DNA of 20,000 nucleotides, from IMG/VR virus record IMGVR_UViG_3300018080_007205, one strand, 5' to 3'. Source of the stretch: an uncultured virus (IMG/VR IMGVR_UViG_3300018080_007205). Lineage: Duplodnaviria; Heunggongvirae; Uroviricota; Caudoviricetes. Under the pieces are notes generated by a model. The model saw only the letters and a list, made by a program, of their open reading frames with translations, ran no database searches and was not told the origin of the DNA. This document shows positions 1 to 8,996 of this stretch, one piece after another. Position 1 is the stretch's first letter. Every line of letters begins with the position of its first letter. The position numbers and the translations under genes are program-made.

Positions 1-450
1 GCTGATCTTGGCTGCCAGCTCCGGCTTGCGCGTGACTACCCACAGCACATCGCCCGGATGCTTCTCGACCATGACGTTGATGACGGTCACGGCCTTCGGA
101 AACAGGTCGCCCACGCCGTTCCACCGCAGGAAATCCATCTTGCGCCTTACATATTCCCCGTGTATCTTGTCAGCCACTTCCTCCGGGTCCGCTTCCAGGA
201 AATACCTGTGCACCCGCACCATTTTGCGCAGCGAGGCGCTCCAGGTGATCGGTCTTCCCCTCATCCTGCCATAGCATACCTTCACACATGCCGGCGTAGG
301 CCTGCAGGTTTTCCACGCGGGAAAGTTGAGGCTGAATCCGGTCTTCGAATTCGAACTACATATCGGGTCCTTGGGACCGATCGGAGGTATCTCGCTTTCG
401 TCCCCCAGAAACTCCTCCGCCCTTTTTCTCAGGTTTATGGTTTTTCTCAC
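1..450 (-). CDS. GP88-like (radical-SAM-related) Fe-S phage protein, 3' end runs off the window
   Basis: Not in the ORF track; translated by hand from a GTG at 450: ...SSNSKTGFSLNFPAWKTCRPTPACVKVCYGR...FLRWNGVGDLF...LWVVTRK. The C-x5-C-x3-C-Y cluster, RW-x3-GD and W-x2-TR motifs match the phage gene-product-88 family as I recall it. Start uncertain; in-frame upstream stop at 475-477. Confidence 0.65.
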   Translation of the reverse strand, partial: MRKTINLRKRAEEFLGDESEIPPIGPKDPICSSNSKTGFSLNFPAWKTCRPTPACVKVCYGRMRGRPITWSASLRKMVRVHRYFLEADPEEVADKIHGEYVRRKMDFLRWNGVGDLFPKAVTVINVMVEKHPGDVLWVVTRKPELAAKIS

Positions 451-670
451 TAGAGTTTGCCATTCCGAGCCGCTTCAACGCCCAGTCGTTGATCAGGATT
501 CCAATTCCCGATAGCACGGCTCCGTGCGCCGCCAGGAACACAATCTCCCCAGGCATGCCGGTGGCTAGCAGTATGACTGCCACGGCGGCGAGAGCGGCGA
601 AAAGCGCCGCAAACAATTTAAAAGCCAGCCTGAAGGCACCGCCCTCAAGCAAAAAACGACTTATCCTCAT
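356..670 (-). CDS. Hypothetical membrane protein (two predicted TM helices)
   Basis: Two hydrophobic segments (LAFKLFAALFAALAAVAVILLA; IVFLAAHGAVLSGIGILI); start overlaps the end of the upstream gene. Confidence 0.6.
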   Translation of the reverse strand: MRISRFLLEGGAFRLAFKLFAALFAALAAVAVILLATGMPGEIVFLAAHGAVLSGIGILINDWALKRLGMANSSEKNHKPEKKGGGVSGGRKRDTSDRSQGPDM

Positions 671-971
671 CGTCAGGTATCTTTCCAGAATCGACGGTGT
701 CCCATGCGGAGTCGCCGATCACCTTCATTCCGCGCATAGCGCTCATGATATCCTGGCAGTCGCTAACAAGCTCCATCACCTTCGGCCATTTTTTCGGGTC
801 GCTCTCAAGAGCGCAGGTCATTCTCCTAACCCTGTCGACCTTATCTCCCAGTTCGCCAAACACCCTTAGAGCATCCTGCTTTGCAAGTTCAAGGCTCAGC
901 ACCAGCTGAGCCACCTGCTTTGTAAGCGCTTTGGCTACGAGTTCTTCGGTGATCCTGTCGTCATGGCACAT
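645..971 (-). CDS. Hypothetical protein
   Basis: 108 aa ORF, strong SD (AGGAGGAG) just upstream, fits the gene tiling. Confidence 0.7.
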   Translation of the reverse strand: MCHDDRITEELVAKALTKQVAQLVLSLELAKQDALRVFGELGDKVDRVRRMTCALESDPKKWPKVMELVSDCQDIMSAMRGMKVIGDSAWDTVDSGKIPDDEDKSFFA

Positions 972-1182
972 TGCTCCTCCTGTACTCCTCCGCTTTTTCG
1001 GCTTCTACATAGCATCGCGAGCACAGACCCACCTCCCTTTTTATCTCCCATCCGCTCACGACCCCGATCCTCTTGCCCTCCTTGTCAAGAAGCTCGTAAG
1101 CTCGTTCGCGCTTTTCAACAACCCAAGGTCTTCTTCTTTCCCCAGGCTTCGACGCCTCAAAGCATGCTTCGCATACAAACAT
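961..1182 (-). CDS. Small putative Zn-binding protein
   Basis: CEAC...CSRC cysteine pairs; GGAG upstream; tiles with neighbours. Confidence 0.65.
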   Translation of the reverse strand: MFVCEACFEASKPGERRRPWVVEKRERAYELLDKEGKRIGVVSGWEIKREVGLCSRCYVEAEKAEEYRRSNVP

Positions 1183-1183
1183 C

Positions 1184-1444
1184 CTAATCTCCTTCCGTTA
1201 TGAAAAGATATGTCGGCACAACCGGAGCTGGCGGCTTCGATGGGACCTTCCGCTCCCATACAGTCCTGCCGCACCTCTTATTGCGGCATTTCCACGACAG
1301 CTGTCCGGCAGAGCCGGACGCCCCGCGCGGTCTCAATATTCCCCCGCAGTGCTTACAGAGGATGGCGTTCGGATTCTTTTTCTTCCTCCTTGCCTCCCTG
1401 CTCCTGCGCTTGTTCTGTTTCTTGTCGTACTTTCCTTTTCCCAT
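1184..1444 (-). CDS. Basic Zn-ribbon protein
   Basis: Lys/Arg-rich N-terminus; CKHCGG...WKCRNKRCG Zn-ribbon pattern. Confidence 0.65.
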   Translation of the reverse strand: MGKGKYDKKQNKRRSREARRKKKNPNAILCKHCGGILRPRGASGSAGQLSWKCRNKRCGRTVWERKVPSKPPAPVVPTYLFITEGD

Positions 1445-2204
1445 TTTCTAATCTCTTTCCGATTTTGATTTTTTCGCGCACCAGCGCGTCCGCCATCCAC
1501 TGCCTATTCATTAATGAACGCATCTCCCCTATCACCGGCACGAGTGTGCCAGCCGCCATGCCCACCGCAAACCTCCATGCCTTGTGCTTCTTCGGATCGC
1601 ACTCGCATGCGTCCAGGATTTCCAGAAGATGCCTGGCAAGCTCCTCCGGTCTTTCTCCGAATGTCACCGAGCCCTTTTCGTGGAACTCGTCCAGCGCCGA
1701 TACGATCCTGTTCTCGGACACCGGCGCAAACCCCCACTGGTCCACGCCGACATTCAGGTTCTTTCCGTTCGTGAGCCATTTCTCATGCACATGACCGCAC
1801 AGGACGAAATCGTGCTTTTTGAACTCATTATCCAGGTCCAGCCCCTTGTACTGGCGCGGATTGCCCACCCCGACCGGGATGTGCGTCAGAATACATTTCC
1901 ATTTGCCAACCTTTATGCTGATCCAGTCGTGGACCTCAGCATAAAGGTAGTCGAACTTCCTGTGGTCGTGGTTCCCGCGCACGAGGATAATCCTGCCGTT
2001 CAGGTGATGAACATGCCTGTTCGGGCGGAACGATGTGTCGCCCAGATTGTACACCGTATCTTCCGGCGCAACCCTGCTGTTCCACAGCCTGGTCATGTCC
2101 TTGTTCATCTCATGCGTGCTGGCATACGGCCGGTCGCAGTAGTCTGGGCGTATGATATTCTTATGACCGAAATGCGGGTCAGCTATGAACCATTTCCTAG
2201 ACAT
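1353..2204 (-). CDS. Calcineurin-like metallophosphoesterase (phage-type) with C-terminal extension
   Basis: Motifs ADPHFGH, LGD, GNHD, THIP, GHVH, NVGVD; SD GAGGT upstream of ATG. Confidence 0.9.
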   Translation of the reverse strand: MSRKWFIADPHFGHKNIIRPDYCDRPYASTHEMNKDMTRLWNSRVAPEDTVYNLGDTSFRPNRHVHHLNGRIILVRGNHDHRKFDYLYAEVHDWISIKVGKWKCILTHIPVGVGNPRQYKGLDLDNEFKKHDFVLCGHVHEKWLTNGKNLNVGVDQWGFAPVSENRIVSALDEFHEKGSVTFGERPEELARHLLEILDACECDPKKHKAWRFAVGMAAGTLVPVIGEMRSLMNRQWMADALVREKIKIGKRLENGKRKVRQETEQAQEQGGKEEEKESERHPL

Positions 2205-2261
2205 GCGACCTCAAAGAATTCTGTATTAATTGAAAGTGGCGCTCCGCCTCATTTCTGTGGC

Positions 2262-2678
2262 TCATGAGTAGTCCTCCGATTTCGTCGGCCAGAAATATGG
2301 GAGGTCGTCCGCTTCCATCCATCCAAACTCTGAATAGTGTTCTGGTTTTTTCCTGAGCAGATTCGATCTGTGACTGGCATGTAACCGTTCATCGCCCAGC
2401 CATGGTGGCATTTCGGGATCATCTGCCAAGTCTGGTCTATAGGTCTCATGCCGGTACCCGCGCTTTTCCCACTCCGCTATGATGGCTGCCAAATACACCT
2501 TAAGCGCCCCCTCATATCCCTTCCACATGAGAACAGCAGGATGGCGGCTATAGCCGCCGGTTCCTTTGGCAAGGATAGTCAGTATAGCCTTGCACTCGCC
2601 TCTCTGATTTCCAAGCCTCCTGCGATCAAGCACCGCTGCCGACCTGGCAAAATCCTTGTACGGAAGAAATGTTTGCAA
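2262..2678 (-). CDS. Pyrimidine-dimer DNA glycosylase / endonuclease V-like (MSMEG_6728-type)
   Basis: (M)QTFLPY..F..SA.VLDRRRLGNQRGE...HPAVLMWKGYE...PPWLGDERLHASHRSNLLRK...LPYFWP is the family signature. Start set at the TTG at 2678 so the protein begins MQTFLPY, rather than the ORF-track start at 2723. Confidence 0.88.
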   Translation of the reverse strand: MQTFLPYKDFARSAAVLDRRRLGNQRGECKAILTILAKGTGGYSRHPAVLMWKGYEGALKVYLAAIIAEWEKRGYRHETYRPDLADDPEMPPWLGDERLHASHRSNLLRKKPEHYSEFGWMEADDLPYFWPTKSEDYS

Positions 2679-2755
2679 AGTTATCCATGCCCCTAAGTTT
2701 TTTGATGCTTCTCCAGATAGCACAACATCCTACTTATTGAACTCGTGTTGAGCCA

Positions 2756-5119
2756 TCAGCTTGGGGAACTACGGTCGTCCACCAAACATGTCTGTGTCTC
2801 GCAAGCCTGGGTGGCGTGCGCACTGAGAAGCATGATGTCCAACGCAGCTTTCACATCATCCACCTTGTGAATCGTGATGTTCCTGAGTGCCTCCTCAGGA
2901 ATGTCCTTGAGATCGTGCTCATTGTCACGCGGAATGACGACTTCCGCGATTCCCGCGCGATGGGCTGCCAGGATTTTTTCTCTAACCCCGCCTATGGGCA
3001 TGACCCTTCCGCGCAGGCTGATTTCCCCGGTAGCCGCAACATCGTTTCTGACCGGCTCTCCGGACAGCAGTGACACTATAGAGGCGGCTATCGCAACCCC
3101 TGCGCTTGGACCGTCTTTGGGAGTTGCCCCGGACGGCACATGTACATGAATGTCCAGCTTGTCCATTTCCTCAGCGCTAATAGACAGCGCCTTACAATTG
3201 GACCTGATCCACGATTTCACAATCGATGCCGACTCTTCCATGACTTTGCCGAGATTCCCCGTGAGCTTGATTCTTCCTTTTCCACCATCCTTGGACACGG
3301 ACTCTATGAACAAAATCGTGCCCCCCGAAGGGGTCCAGGCTAGACCAGTGCTCAAACCAACAGCGGGGGCGTCAGCCTTCTTCTCAGAGAAAATACGGGG
3401 GGCACCGAGAAGTTCACCAACCATACCTTCTGATACTGTTGAAGGGATGTTTTTACCAGCCGCCACCTTGACAGCCAATTTGCGCATGACATTTCCGCAT
3501 TCGCGTTCAAGAGATCTTACGCCAGCCTCACTAGTGTACTCTTCCACAATCTTTCCGATCGCCCTGTCGGAAATAGTGACCTCCTCGTTTACCAAACCGT
3601 TTTCAGACTTTTGTTTAGGAACGAGATAGTGTTTGGCTATCTTTATCTTGTCGAATGGAGAATAGCCAACAACCTGTACAATGTCCAGCCTATCGCGCAA
3701 CGCAGGGTGGAGTTTTGTAATGTCGTTTGCTGTAATAATAAACATAACACTCGACAGATCAAACCCAACCGCAAGATAGTTGTCCATAAAGGCAAAGTTT
3801 TGCTCAGGATCAAGTACCTCAAGCATTGCGGCTGATGGATCACCCCCGTGACCGCGCCCCATTTTATCCATCTCGTCAATCATGAACACCGGATTTTTTA
3901 CTCCAGTTTGCTTGATAAGCTGTATTACCCTACCAGGAAGCGCTCCAATATATGTGCGCCTGTGTCCGCGAACTTCTGCCTCGTCGGAGATCCCGCCCAC
4001 CGACATGCGTATAAACCTGCGGTTCATGGCACGCGCAATGCTTTTGCCTAAGGATGTTTTTCCCACGCCAGGAGGTCCGGAAAAACACAATATGGATCCT
4101 TTTTTGCTGGCGCACAGCTTGCGCACTGCAAGGAACTCCAAAATGCGATCTTTGGGCTTGTCCAGACCGTAATGGTCCTCATTCAGGACATTTCGCGCTT
4201 CGTCGATATCGATCCTGTCTTCAGTCTCCTTTTTCCACGGCAACGAAACCAGCGTGTCCAAGTAATTTATGGATACTGCGAAATCCGCCATGTGCGGCGG
4301 CATGAGCTTCATGCGATGTAACTCCGCTTCCGCCACGCGCCCTGCTTCGTCAGTCATGTCGGCTGCCGCTATGGCACGGCGCAGTCGTTCTATTTCGCGC
4401 TCCTTAGGATCAGTCGGAAGAGGGGTTTTGCCGCCAGACCCTGCCAACGACTGTGACCCGGATGCCTCCTTCTCTATGAGCCGCTCGCCCTCCTCTTCCG
4501 CAGCTTTCTTCAGGGCGACATGTAGCATCTCTATGCGCTTTTCCGGGTCGGCTTCGTCAAGCAGCTCGATGCTGCTTTTCATGTCAATCGGAGAGTAGTA
4601 CGCAATCCGGTCTACAAACAGGGAAAGCTGCTTGGAATTTTTCGGCTGCCTCATCGGTTTAAACGACGATGTGTTCTCCAAGTTGATTGCCATTCCCTGC
4701 AAAGACATCGCCAGAGCACTCAGATGCTCCGATATGTCGCCGCCTTTCGGCTCAACCATGTGTTCGCACTCGCCCATAAGGTACGAATTATCTTTTGACA
4801 ACAGGCTTTTCCGTATATTAACGCGGCTTTCCCCGGACACTATGACCTTTATCCGTTCCGCCCCATTGACGGACGGCAAAGGTTCTGTCTTGAGAATGAC
4901 GCCCTCCACGGCAGCCGTCCATACCACGGCTTTGGAAGGGTCGGACTCCTCCCTGTCCTGCTGTGTCGCGAACACAGCCCTCCCCTTGTAATCTTGTAGA
5001 GCCGCCTTAACGGCGGCCACCGACATTTTTCTGCCGATCTCATACTTTGCCGAAACACCTGGAAAAAGGGCTGACCGCGAACTTCGCAGCGATATCATGG
5101 GCAGGGAAACAAGCTCCAT
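2756..5119 (-). CDS. lon: ATP-dependent Lon protease (LonA), 787 aa
   Basis: Lon N-domain (LPMISLRS..LFPG); DHYGLDKPKDRILEFLAV; Walker A GPPGVGKTS; pore loop GHRRTYIGALPG; Walker B FMIDEMDK; LLEVLDPEQN-like MLEVLDPEQN; catalytic PKDGPSAG (Ser) and PIGGVREK (Lys). Start at ATG 5119 with SD AAGGAG. Confidence 0.97.
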   Translation of the reverse strand: MELVSLPMISLRSSRSALFPGVSAKYEIGRKMSVAAVKAALQDYKGRAVFATQQDREESDPSKAVVWTAAVEGVILKTEPLPSVNGAERIKVIVSGESRVNIRKSLLSKDNSYLMGECEHMVEPKGGDISEHLSALAMSLQGMAINLENTSSFKPMRQPKNSKQLSLFVDRIAYYSPIDMKSSIELLDEADPEKRIEMLHVALKKAAEEEGERLIEKEASGSQSLAGSGGKTPLPTDPKEREIERLRRAIAAADMTDEAGRVAEAELHRMKLMPPHMADFAVSINYLDTLVSLPWKKETEDRIDIDEARNVLNEDHYGLDKPKDRILEFLAVRKLCASKKGSILCFSGPPGVGKTSLGKSIARAMNRRFIRMSVGGISDEAEVRGHRRTYIGALPGRVIQLIKQTGVKNPVFMIDEMDKMGRGHGGDPSAAMLEVLDPEQNFAFMDNYLAVGFDLSSVMFIITANDITKLHPALRDRLDIVQVVGYSPFDKIKIAKHYLVPKQKSENGLVNEEVTISDRAIGKIVEEYTSEAGVRSLERECGNVMRKLAVKVAAGKNIPSTVSEGMVGELLGAPRIFSEKKADAPAVGLSTGLAWTPSGGTILFIESVSKDGGKGRIKLTGNLGKVMEESASIVKSWIRSNCKALSISAEEMDKLDIHVHVPSGATPKDGPSAGVAIAASIVSLLSGEPVRNDVAATGEISLRGRVMPIGGVREKILAAHRAGIAEVVIPRDNEHDLKDIPEEALRNITIHKVDDVKAALDIMLLSAHATQACETQTCLVDDRSSPS

Positions 5120-5135
5120 CTCAAACACTCCTTTT

Positions 5136-6488
5136 CTATAAAACGCGGTCTCTGCTGGACCGCTTCTTTGCGTCGGCGCGCAATTTGGACCGCGTTTTTG
5201 CCTTGATGTCCGACATTTCAGCCACACGGCGCATCTGTTTGATCTGAGACGGCAGCGGATCAAATCCTATCACGGATACGCGTTTGACTATTTCCTTCAA
5301 ATAGGCACCTGTCATTCCATCAGTAAGGGTTGACAGGTCTTCCATCTGGTCTTTGGTTAATTCAACATCCAGATGTTTAGCATAGGCTTCTAGGATTTTT
5401 TTACGCAGCCTCTTGTTCGGAGCCTTGAACTCAACAATTTCGTCGAACCTACCCGGTCTTCTGAGCGCCTTTGGAACATCCTCGACATCGTTAACCGTAG
5501 CTATGATCAGGCGGTTCCTGTTGTTTCTGACGCGTCTATTCAACTGCTCGATTTCGTTTAGCATATCTTCGGGACGCCACACCCTGTCCATATCGTCGAA
5601 TAGGACAACCGCCGGATCAACCATTTCGATGATGTTCTCTAGCGCATTGAACTTCAGTTGATCCAGGCTTTTTGGGCTGACAACCAAGAGCTTCCCCTCC
5701 ATGCGACCGGCTATTCTGGCGGCTAGCGTTGTTTTCCCAGAACCTGGCGGACCGAAGAACAGCAACGACCTGTTGATGTTGAGCATATAGAACTTGTTGA
5801 TATTTTGTACAAGCTCGCTTTCGTCAATGTGACTGACATACACCTCACTGCCGAGGTCCAGGTCCGTCAGGTATGGAGAGTTATCCCAGTTCTTCACCAT
5901 GGTTTCGATGGATATCACGGATCCCATGTGTTCCTCTACGAGCTGGGAAAATGCATTGACAAAGCGCTTCTTGTTCAAGACCCACGGTCCGCGCACGCGT
6001 TCGTAATCTTCATCGTTCTTCTGTAGGCAGAAATATACCTTTTCTCCGTGAATTTCGTACTCTTCGATTTTTTCCGGATCTTCCCCGTCCTTATGCTCCT
6101 CCTCCTCCCACAATTTCCTACATGGTATGTCAAGGTTCTTGAATGTCAGGTGCGTAAATCCGCTCATGGACGGGAATACAAGCGATGCGCCAAGCTCCTT
6201 CATCTTGTCCTGGCTGGACTCACCCTCGCCTTCGAAGATGTCGGCAACTATGCCGTAGGTCGAAAGTGCCCCCAGACCGATCGATATGGGATCCTTCCGC
6301 TTTACAGCCCAATACACATACAGTGCTTCCCTAGCCGCTGCGGCTATCTTGCTGATGGTCTTGTGGACTTTGCGCTGCTTTGACTTGGATGTTGCGCGTC
6401 TGATAAAGGGAGACTTCTCAACAACCTGTTCGACCCCTTCCAACTCTTTCCTTCCGGCTATGTACGACACAAGACTGAAGTCAGTCAT
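5136..6488 (-). CDS. Single-module AAA+ ATPase (classical AAA clade, BCS1-like layout)
   Basis: Walker A GPPGSGKTT; Walker B VVLFDDMD; SRH with Arg finger ATVND..PKALRRPGRFD; GMTGAYLKEIV lid. Start at ATG 6488 with GGAGG SD. Confidence 0.9.
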   Translation of the reverse strand: MTDFSLVSYIAGRKELEGVEQVVEKSPFIRRATSKSKQRKVHKTISKIAAAAREALYVYWAVKRKDPISIGLGALSTYGIVADIFEGEGESSQDKMKELGASLVFPSMSGFTHLTFKNLDIPCRKLWEEEEHKDGEDPEKIEEYEIHGEKVYFCLQKNDEDYERVRGPWVLNKKRFVNAFSQLVEEHMGSVISIETMVKNWDNSPYLTDLDLGSEVYVSHIDESELVQNINKFYMLNINRSLLFFGPPGSGKTTLAARIAGRMEGKLLVVSPKSLDQLKFNALENIIEMVDPAVVLFDDMDRVWRPEDMLNEIEQLNRRVRNNRNRLIIATVNDVEDVPKALRRPGRFDEIVEFKAPNKRLRKKILEAYAKHLDVELTKDQMEDLSTLTDGMTGAYLKEIVKRVSVIGFDPLPSQIKQMRRVAEMSDIKAKTRSKLRADAKKRSSRDRVL

Positions 6489-7719
6489 CACGCCTCCGTT
6501 CATCTCTCACAAGTTTCCGCACGAGCGCTTTGAGGCGGTCCCACTTGCTGTCGTATATGAGGAACATCATCGTCTTGATAACCGAATGCTGGCGCACGGC
6601 AATGGCTGCGAAGCCTTTGCGATGCTCCTTGGTCCCTGGAAGAGGCGGATCCTTCTTGCGCGCAACTGCCGCAAACATAACGTCCGCCGACGCCTCGCCG
6701 GCCTTTTTGCCAGCCTCGCACATCCATGCCCTGGCATCTTCGACAGCGGCTGTGTACCTGGCATACAGCTCTTTGGCCGACTCGATGATTTCCCAGTCAT
6801 AGTCACATTTTTTCAAGTACTCAGCCAGATCATCCTCGGAACCGATGTTCGACATCTCCGCAAACTCTGTAATCGTGGAGTACTTCATGTTGGACTTCAG
6901 CCTGTGGTGCGCCAAGTACCAGGCGCTCTTAACCTTAACTAGGATCGTGTTTCCGCGCTCGTCGAAGCATCTTGTAACCACACCCTCCGTCTTCCAGTCG
7001 CGCACCTCCGACATCAGCTCCGCCGGGTTCCTGGGAAGTTCCTCGCGCCTAACCAGGTTGAGACCGCCGGACTTGGCTGCCATCTCCAAATAACTCCAGT
7101 CAGCAAGCTTAGGGGTCGGGTGCTTCATTTCGTAGCTGTCCGGAATCATGTTCTTAGGGTATGTCAGGACTGCGCCGACGAGCACCAGGTCCGGCTCGCC
7201 GTACCTCACCACTATCGTATTGTCGGGAGCGACATACTCGAAAAGGAGCGAGTCCATGCGCCAGCATGTCGGATCCAGCAGTTTAGGGTACTTCTTCTCC
7301 GCCACGGCGCGGAAGCGCTCTGAGAACGTCGGTCCCCTGTCATCCATGGATGACTCTCCGAACAGAGTTCCGCGAGTGCGCATGACAACCTTGCCATCGA
7401 TCACCGACCGTATACAGAGAGTTCCGTCCTCTTTGTGCGTGAACAGGACGCGCCCTTCAGAGAGTGCTCTGTTCAGGATCTCCGTGTCCTCTTGAAATTC
7501 CCCATAATTGCCGAACTTGGGAAACGAGCAGGACACCACGATTCCCTTGTGGTTCACCATCACGGACCTGAGCCAGCGCTCCTCCGGCACCCAGTCCCAC
7601 TTGTTCTTTTTCGGACAAACCAGCGTCAGCAGGCTGTCGTCATCCTTGACTATCTTGAATTCGCTCGTGCTGATCTTATTCAGATCAAGCCTGAGGTCGT
7701 CGTCAGTCCTGTGCCACAT
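6481..7719 (-). CDS. T4 Rnl1-family RNA ligase
   Basis: SFPKFGNYGE, motif I KEDGTL, FEYVAPDNTIVVRY, motif IV EGVV, motif V VKVKSAWYLAHH. Start probably ATG 7719 (GGAGG SD); 7737 is an alternative. Confidence 0.88.
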   Translation of the reverse strand: MWHRTDDDLRLDLNKISTSEFKIVKDDDSLLTLVCPKKNKWDWVPEERWLRSVMVNHKGIVVSCSFPKFGNYGEFQEDTEILNRALSEGRVLFTHKEDGTLCIRSVIDGKVVMRTRGTLFGESSMDDRGPTFSERFRAVAEKKYPKLLDPTCWRMDSLLFEYVAPDNTIVVRYGEPDLVLVGAVLTYPKNMIPDSYEMKHPTPKLADWSYLEMAAKSGGLNLVRREELPRNPAELMSEVRDWKTEGVVTRCFDERGNTILVKVKSAWYLAHHRLKSNMKYSTITEFAEMSNIGSEDDLAEYLKKCDYDWEIIESAKELYARYTAAVEDARAWMCEAGKKAGEASADVMFAAVARKKDPPLPGTKEHRKGFAAIAVRQHSVIKTMMFLIYDSKWDRLKALVRKLVRDERRRDD

Positions 7720-7930
7720 ATTTACTTGCCTCCCCATTCGGTACAGCCGAAAGCTTACGGGACAGCCTCCTCCTTGTATCCCTCAAGGAACTCTCGGACT
7801 TCCGCAGGCTTTCGCGCGTGTGCTTGTGCTCCTTGCGCTCCCTGACGAGTTCCTCTGCCAGCATGGTTTCGTCTGAAAATCTGGACATCGCAATCACCAG
7901 GTCTTTATGTGTCCATGATATTCCAGCCAC
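7703..7930 (-). CDS. Hypothetical coiled-coil protein
   Basis: Charged helical sequence filling the gap between genes; start may be the ATG at 7888. Confidence 0.55.
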   Translation of the reverse strand: MAGISWTHKDLVIAMSRFSDETMLAEELVRERKEHKHTRESLRKSESSLRDTRRRLSRKLSAVPNGEASKYVAQD

Positions 7931-8187
7931 CTAAATACCACCTCGGCCGCTATTTGGCATTCCTCATGGCTGCCCAAGCACAAGGCGGGGACTTTCTGCT
8001 CCAGGTGGTATGCTAGGTCCGCTGCTAGCTCCTGCGGCTCTACCTTGTGTACCAGCGCCCTACAATCCGGACACTCGCCCCACGGCATTATCTCCCCCGC
8101 CAACACGCGCTCAAGGATCCCCTTTTCCCTCAGCTCCACGAGATCGACTTCCCGCAAAAGCTTCTTACAGTTCTGGCATTCAAACAT
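7894..8187 (-). CDS. Hypothetical Zn-finger protein
   Basis: CQNC...GEIMPWGECPDCRAL; SD AGGAG upstream. Confidence 0.7.
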   Translation of the reverse strand: MFECQNCKKLLREVDLVELREKGILERVLAGEIMPWGECPDCRALVHKVEPQELAADLAYHLEQKVPALCLGSHEECQIAAEVVFRWLEYHGHIKTW

Positions 8188-8206
8188 CTTGTTCTCCTAG
8201 ACTTGG

Positions 8207-8407
8207 TCAGAGGGCCTTTTTTACCAGGATATAAAGCATTATGACTGGCCAAAAGGGGGATAAAAGCGTCATTCTTGCCGCCGTTCTCTGGGGGTCCACT
8301 TTAGCTTGACCTGTTTCAAGGTCTGCTGACAACCAGAAATATAAAACAAATTGGACGAGCCCAAGCACATATATCAAACCAGCAATAGATAGAACCACCA
8401 TATCCAT
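8207..8407 (-). CDS. Small membrane protein
   Basis: Two hydrophobic segments, with an SPFWP motif before the second; coupled to the upstream stop. Confidence 0.65.
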   Translation of the reverse strand: MDMVVLSIAGLIYVLGLVQFVLYFWLSADLETGQAKVDPQRTAARMTLLSPFWPVIMLYILVKKAL

Positions 8408-8982
8408 CAGTTATTCTCTATTGCCTGGACCAGACCCTTCATTCCCTCGTCCATCTGACCTTCGGGCAGATCGTACACATACACATCCCACTCAAAAAGC
8501 ATGGTGCGAATAATGAACTCGATCATATCCCAGTCGCCGCCCCCAATTCCGCACCCGATCCTCGGCATGTGAATCGTAGTATCCTCAAGCTCGTCAGGAA
8601 CCAACATGTCCACTTTGTGGCTCTCATAGTTCCTGATCCATTGCGCAAGGTTGTGTAGACAGATGTGAACCGAGTCATATGACACGGGCACAGGGTTGTC
8701 AGGCGTCTTGTACCCTGCTTGTGCGATCATGTTGACGACCGCCACCCTCGGGGCAACGGGCACCACCTGGATCCTGCCATGGTGCTCATGAAGCATCTCT
8801 CTCTTCGCCCACAGGCGGTAACGCTCCTCTGGCTGCTTCCACTTCTTGCTTAGCGCAAGGACATATCCTGATCCCCATCCCCCCACATCGTTACAAATAT
8901 GGGGAAGTAGCCGCAAGCCATAACCAACCACTGGCTCAGTGGCGTCGCCCCTGAGGTATGTGATGTTGCTTGTTCTGCTCAT
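8407..8982 (-). CDS. Macrodomain ADP-ribosyl hydrolase (Poa1p/TARG1/SCO6735-like)
   Basis: ITYLRGDAT, HICNDVGGWGSG, VNMIAQ, IHMPRIGCGIGGGDW, VYVYDL. Start taken at ATG 8982. Confidence 0.92.
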   Translation of the reverse strand: MSRTSNITYLRGDATEPVVGYGLRLLPHICNDVGGWGSGYVLALSKKWKQPEERYRLWAKREMLHEHHGRIQVVPVAPRVAVVNMIAQAGYKTPDNPVPVSYDSVHICLHNLAQWIRNYESHKVDMLVPDELEDTTIHMPRIGCGIGGGDWDMIEFIIRTMLFEWDVYVYDLPEGQMDEGMKGLVQAIENN

Positions 8983-8996
8983 GACACCCAAGCCCC

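Noticed and set aside
2679..2755. Possible sigma70 promoter upstream of the glycosylase
   Set aside because: The gap is AT-rich, but the -35/-10 matches (TTCAAT...TATCTG) are too weak to call.
5120..5263. 48-aa N-terminal extension of Lon in the ORF track
   Set aside because: It overlaps the AAA+ gene; a strong SD precedes ATG 5119 and Lon homology begins there.
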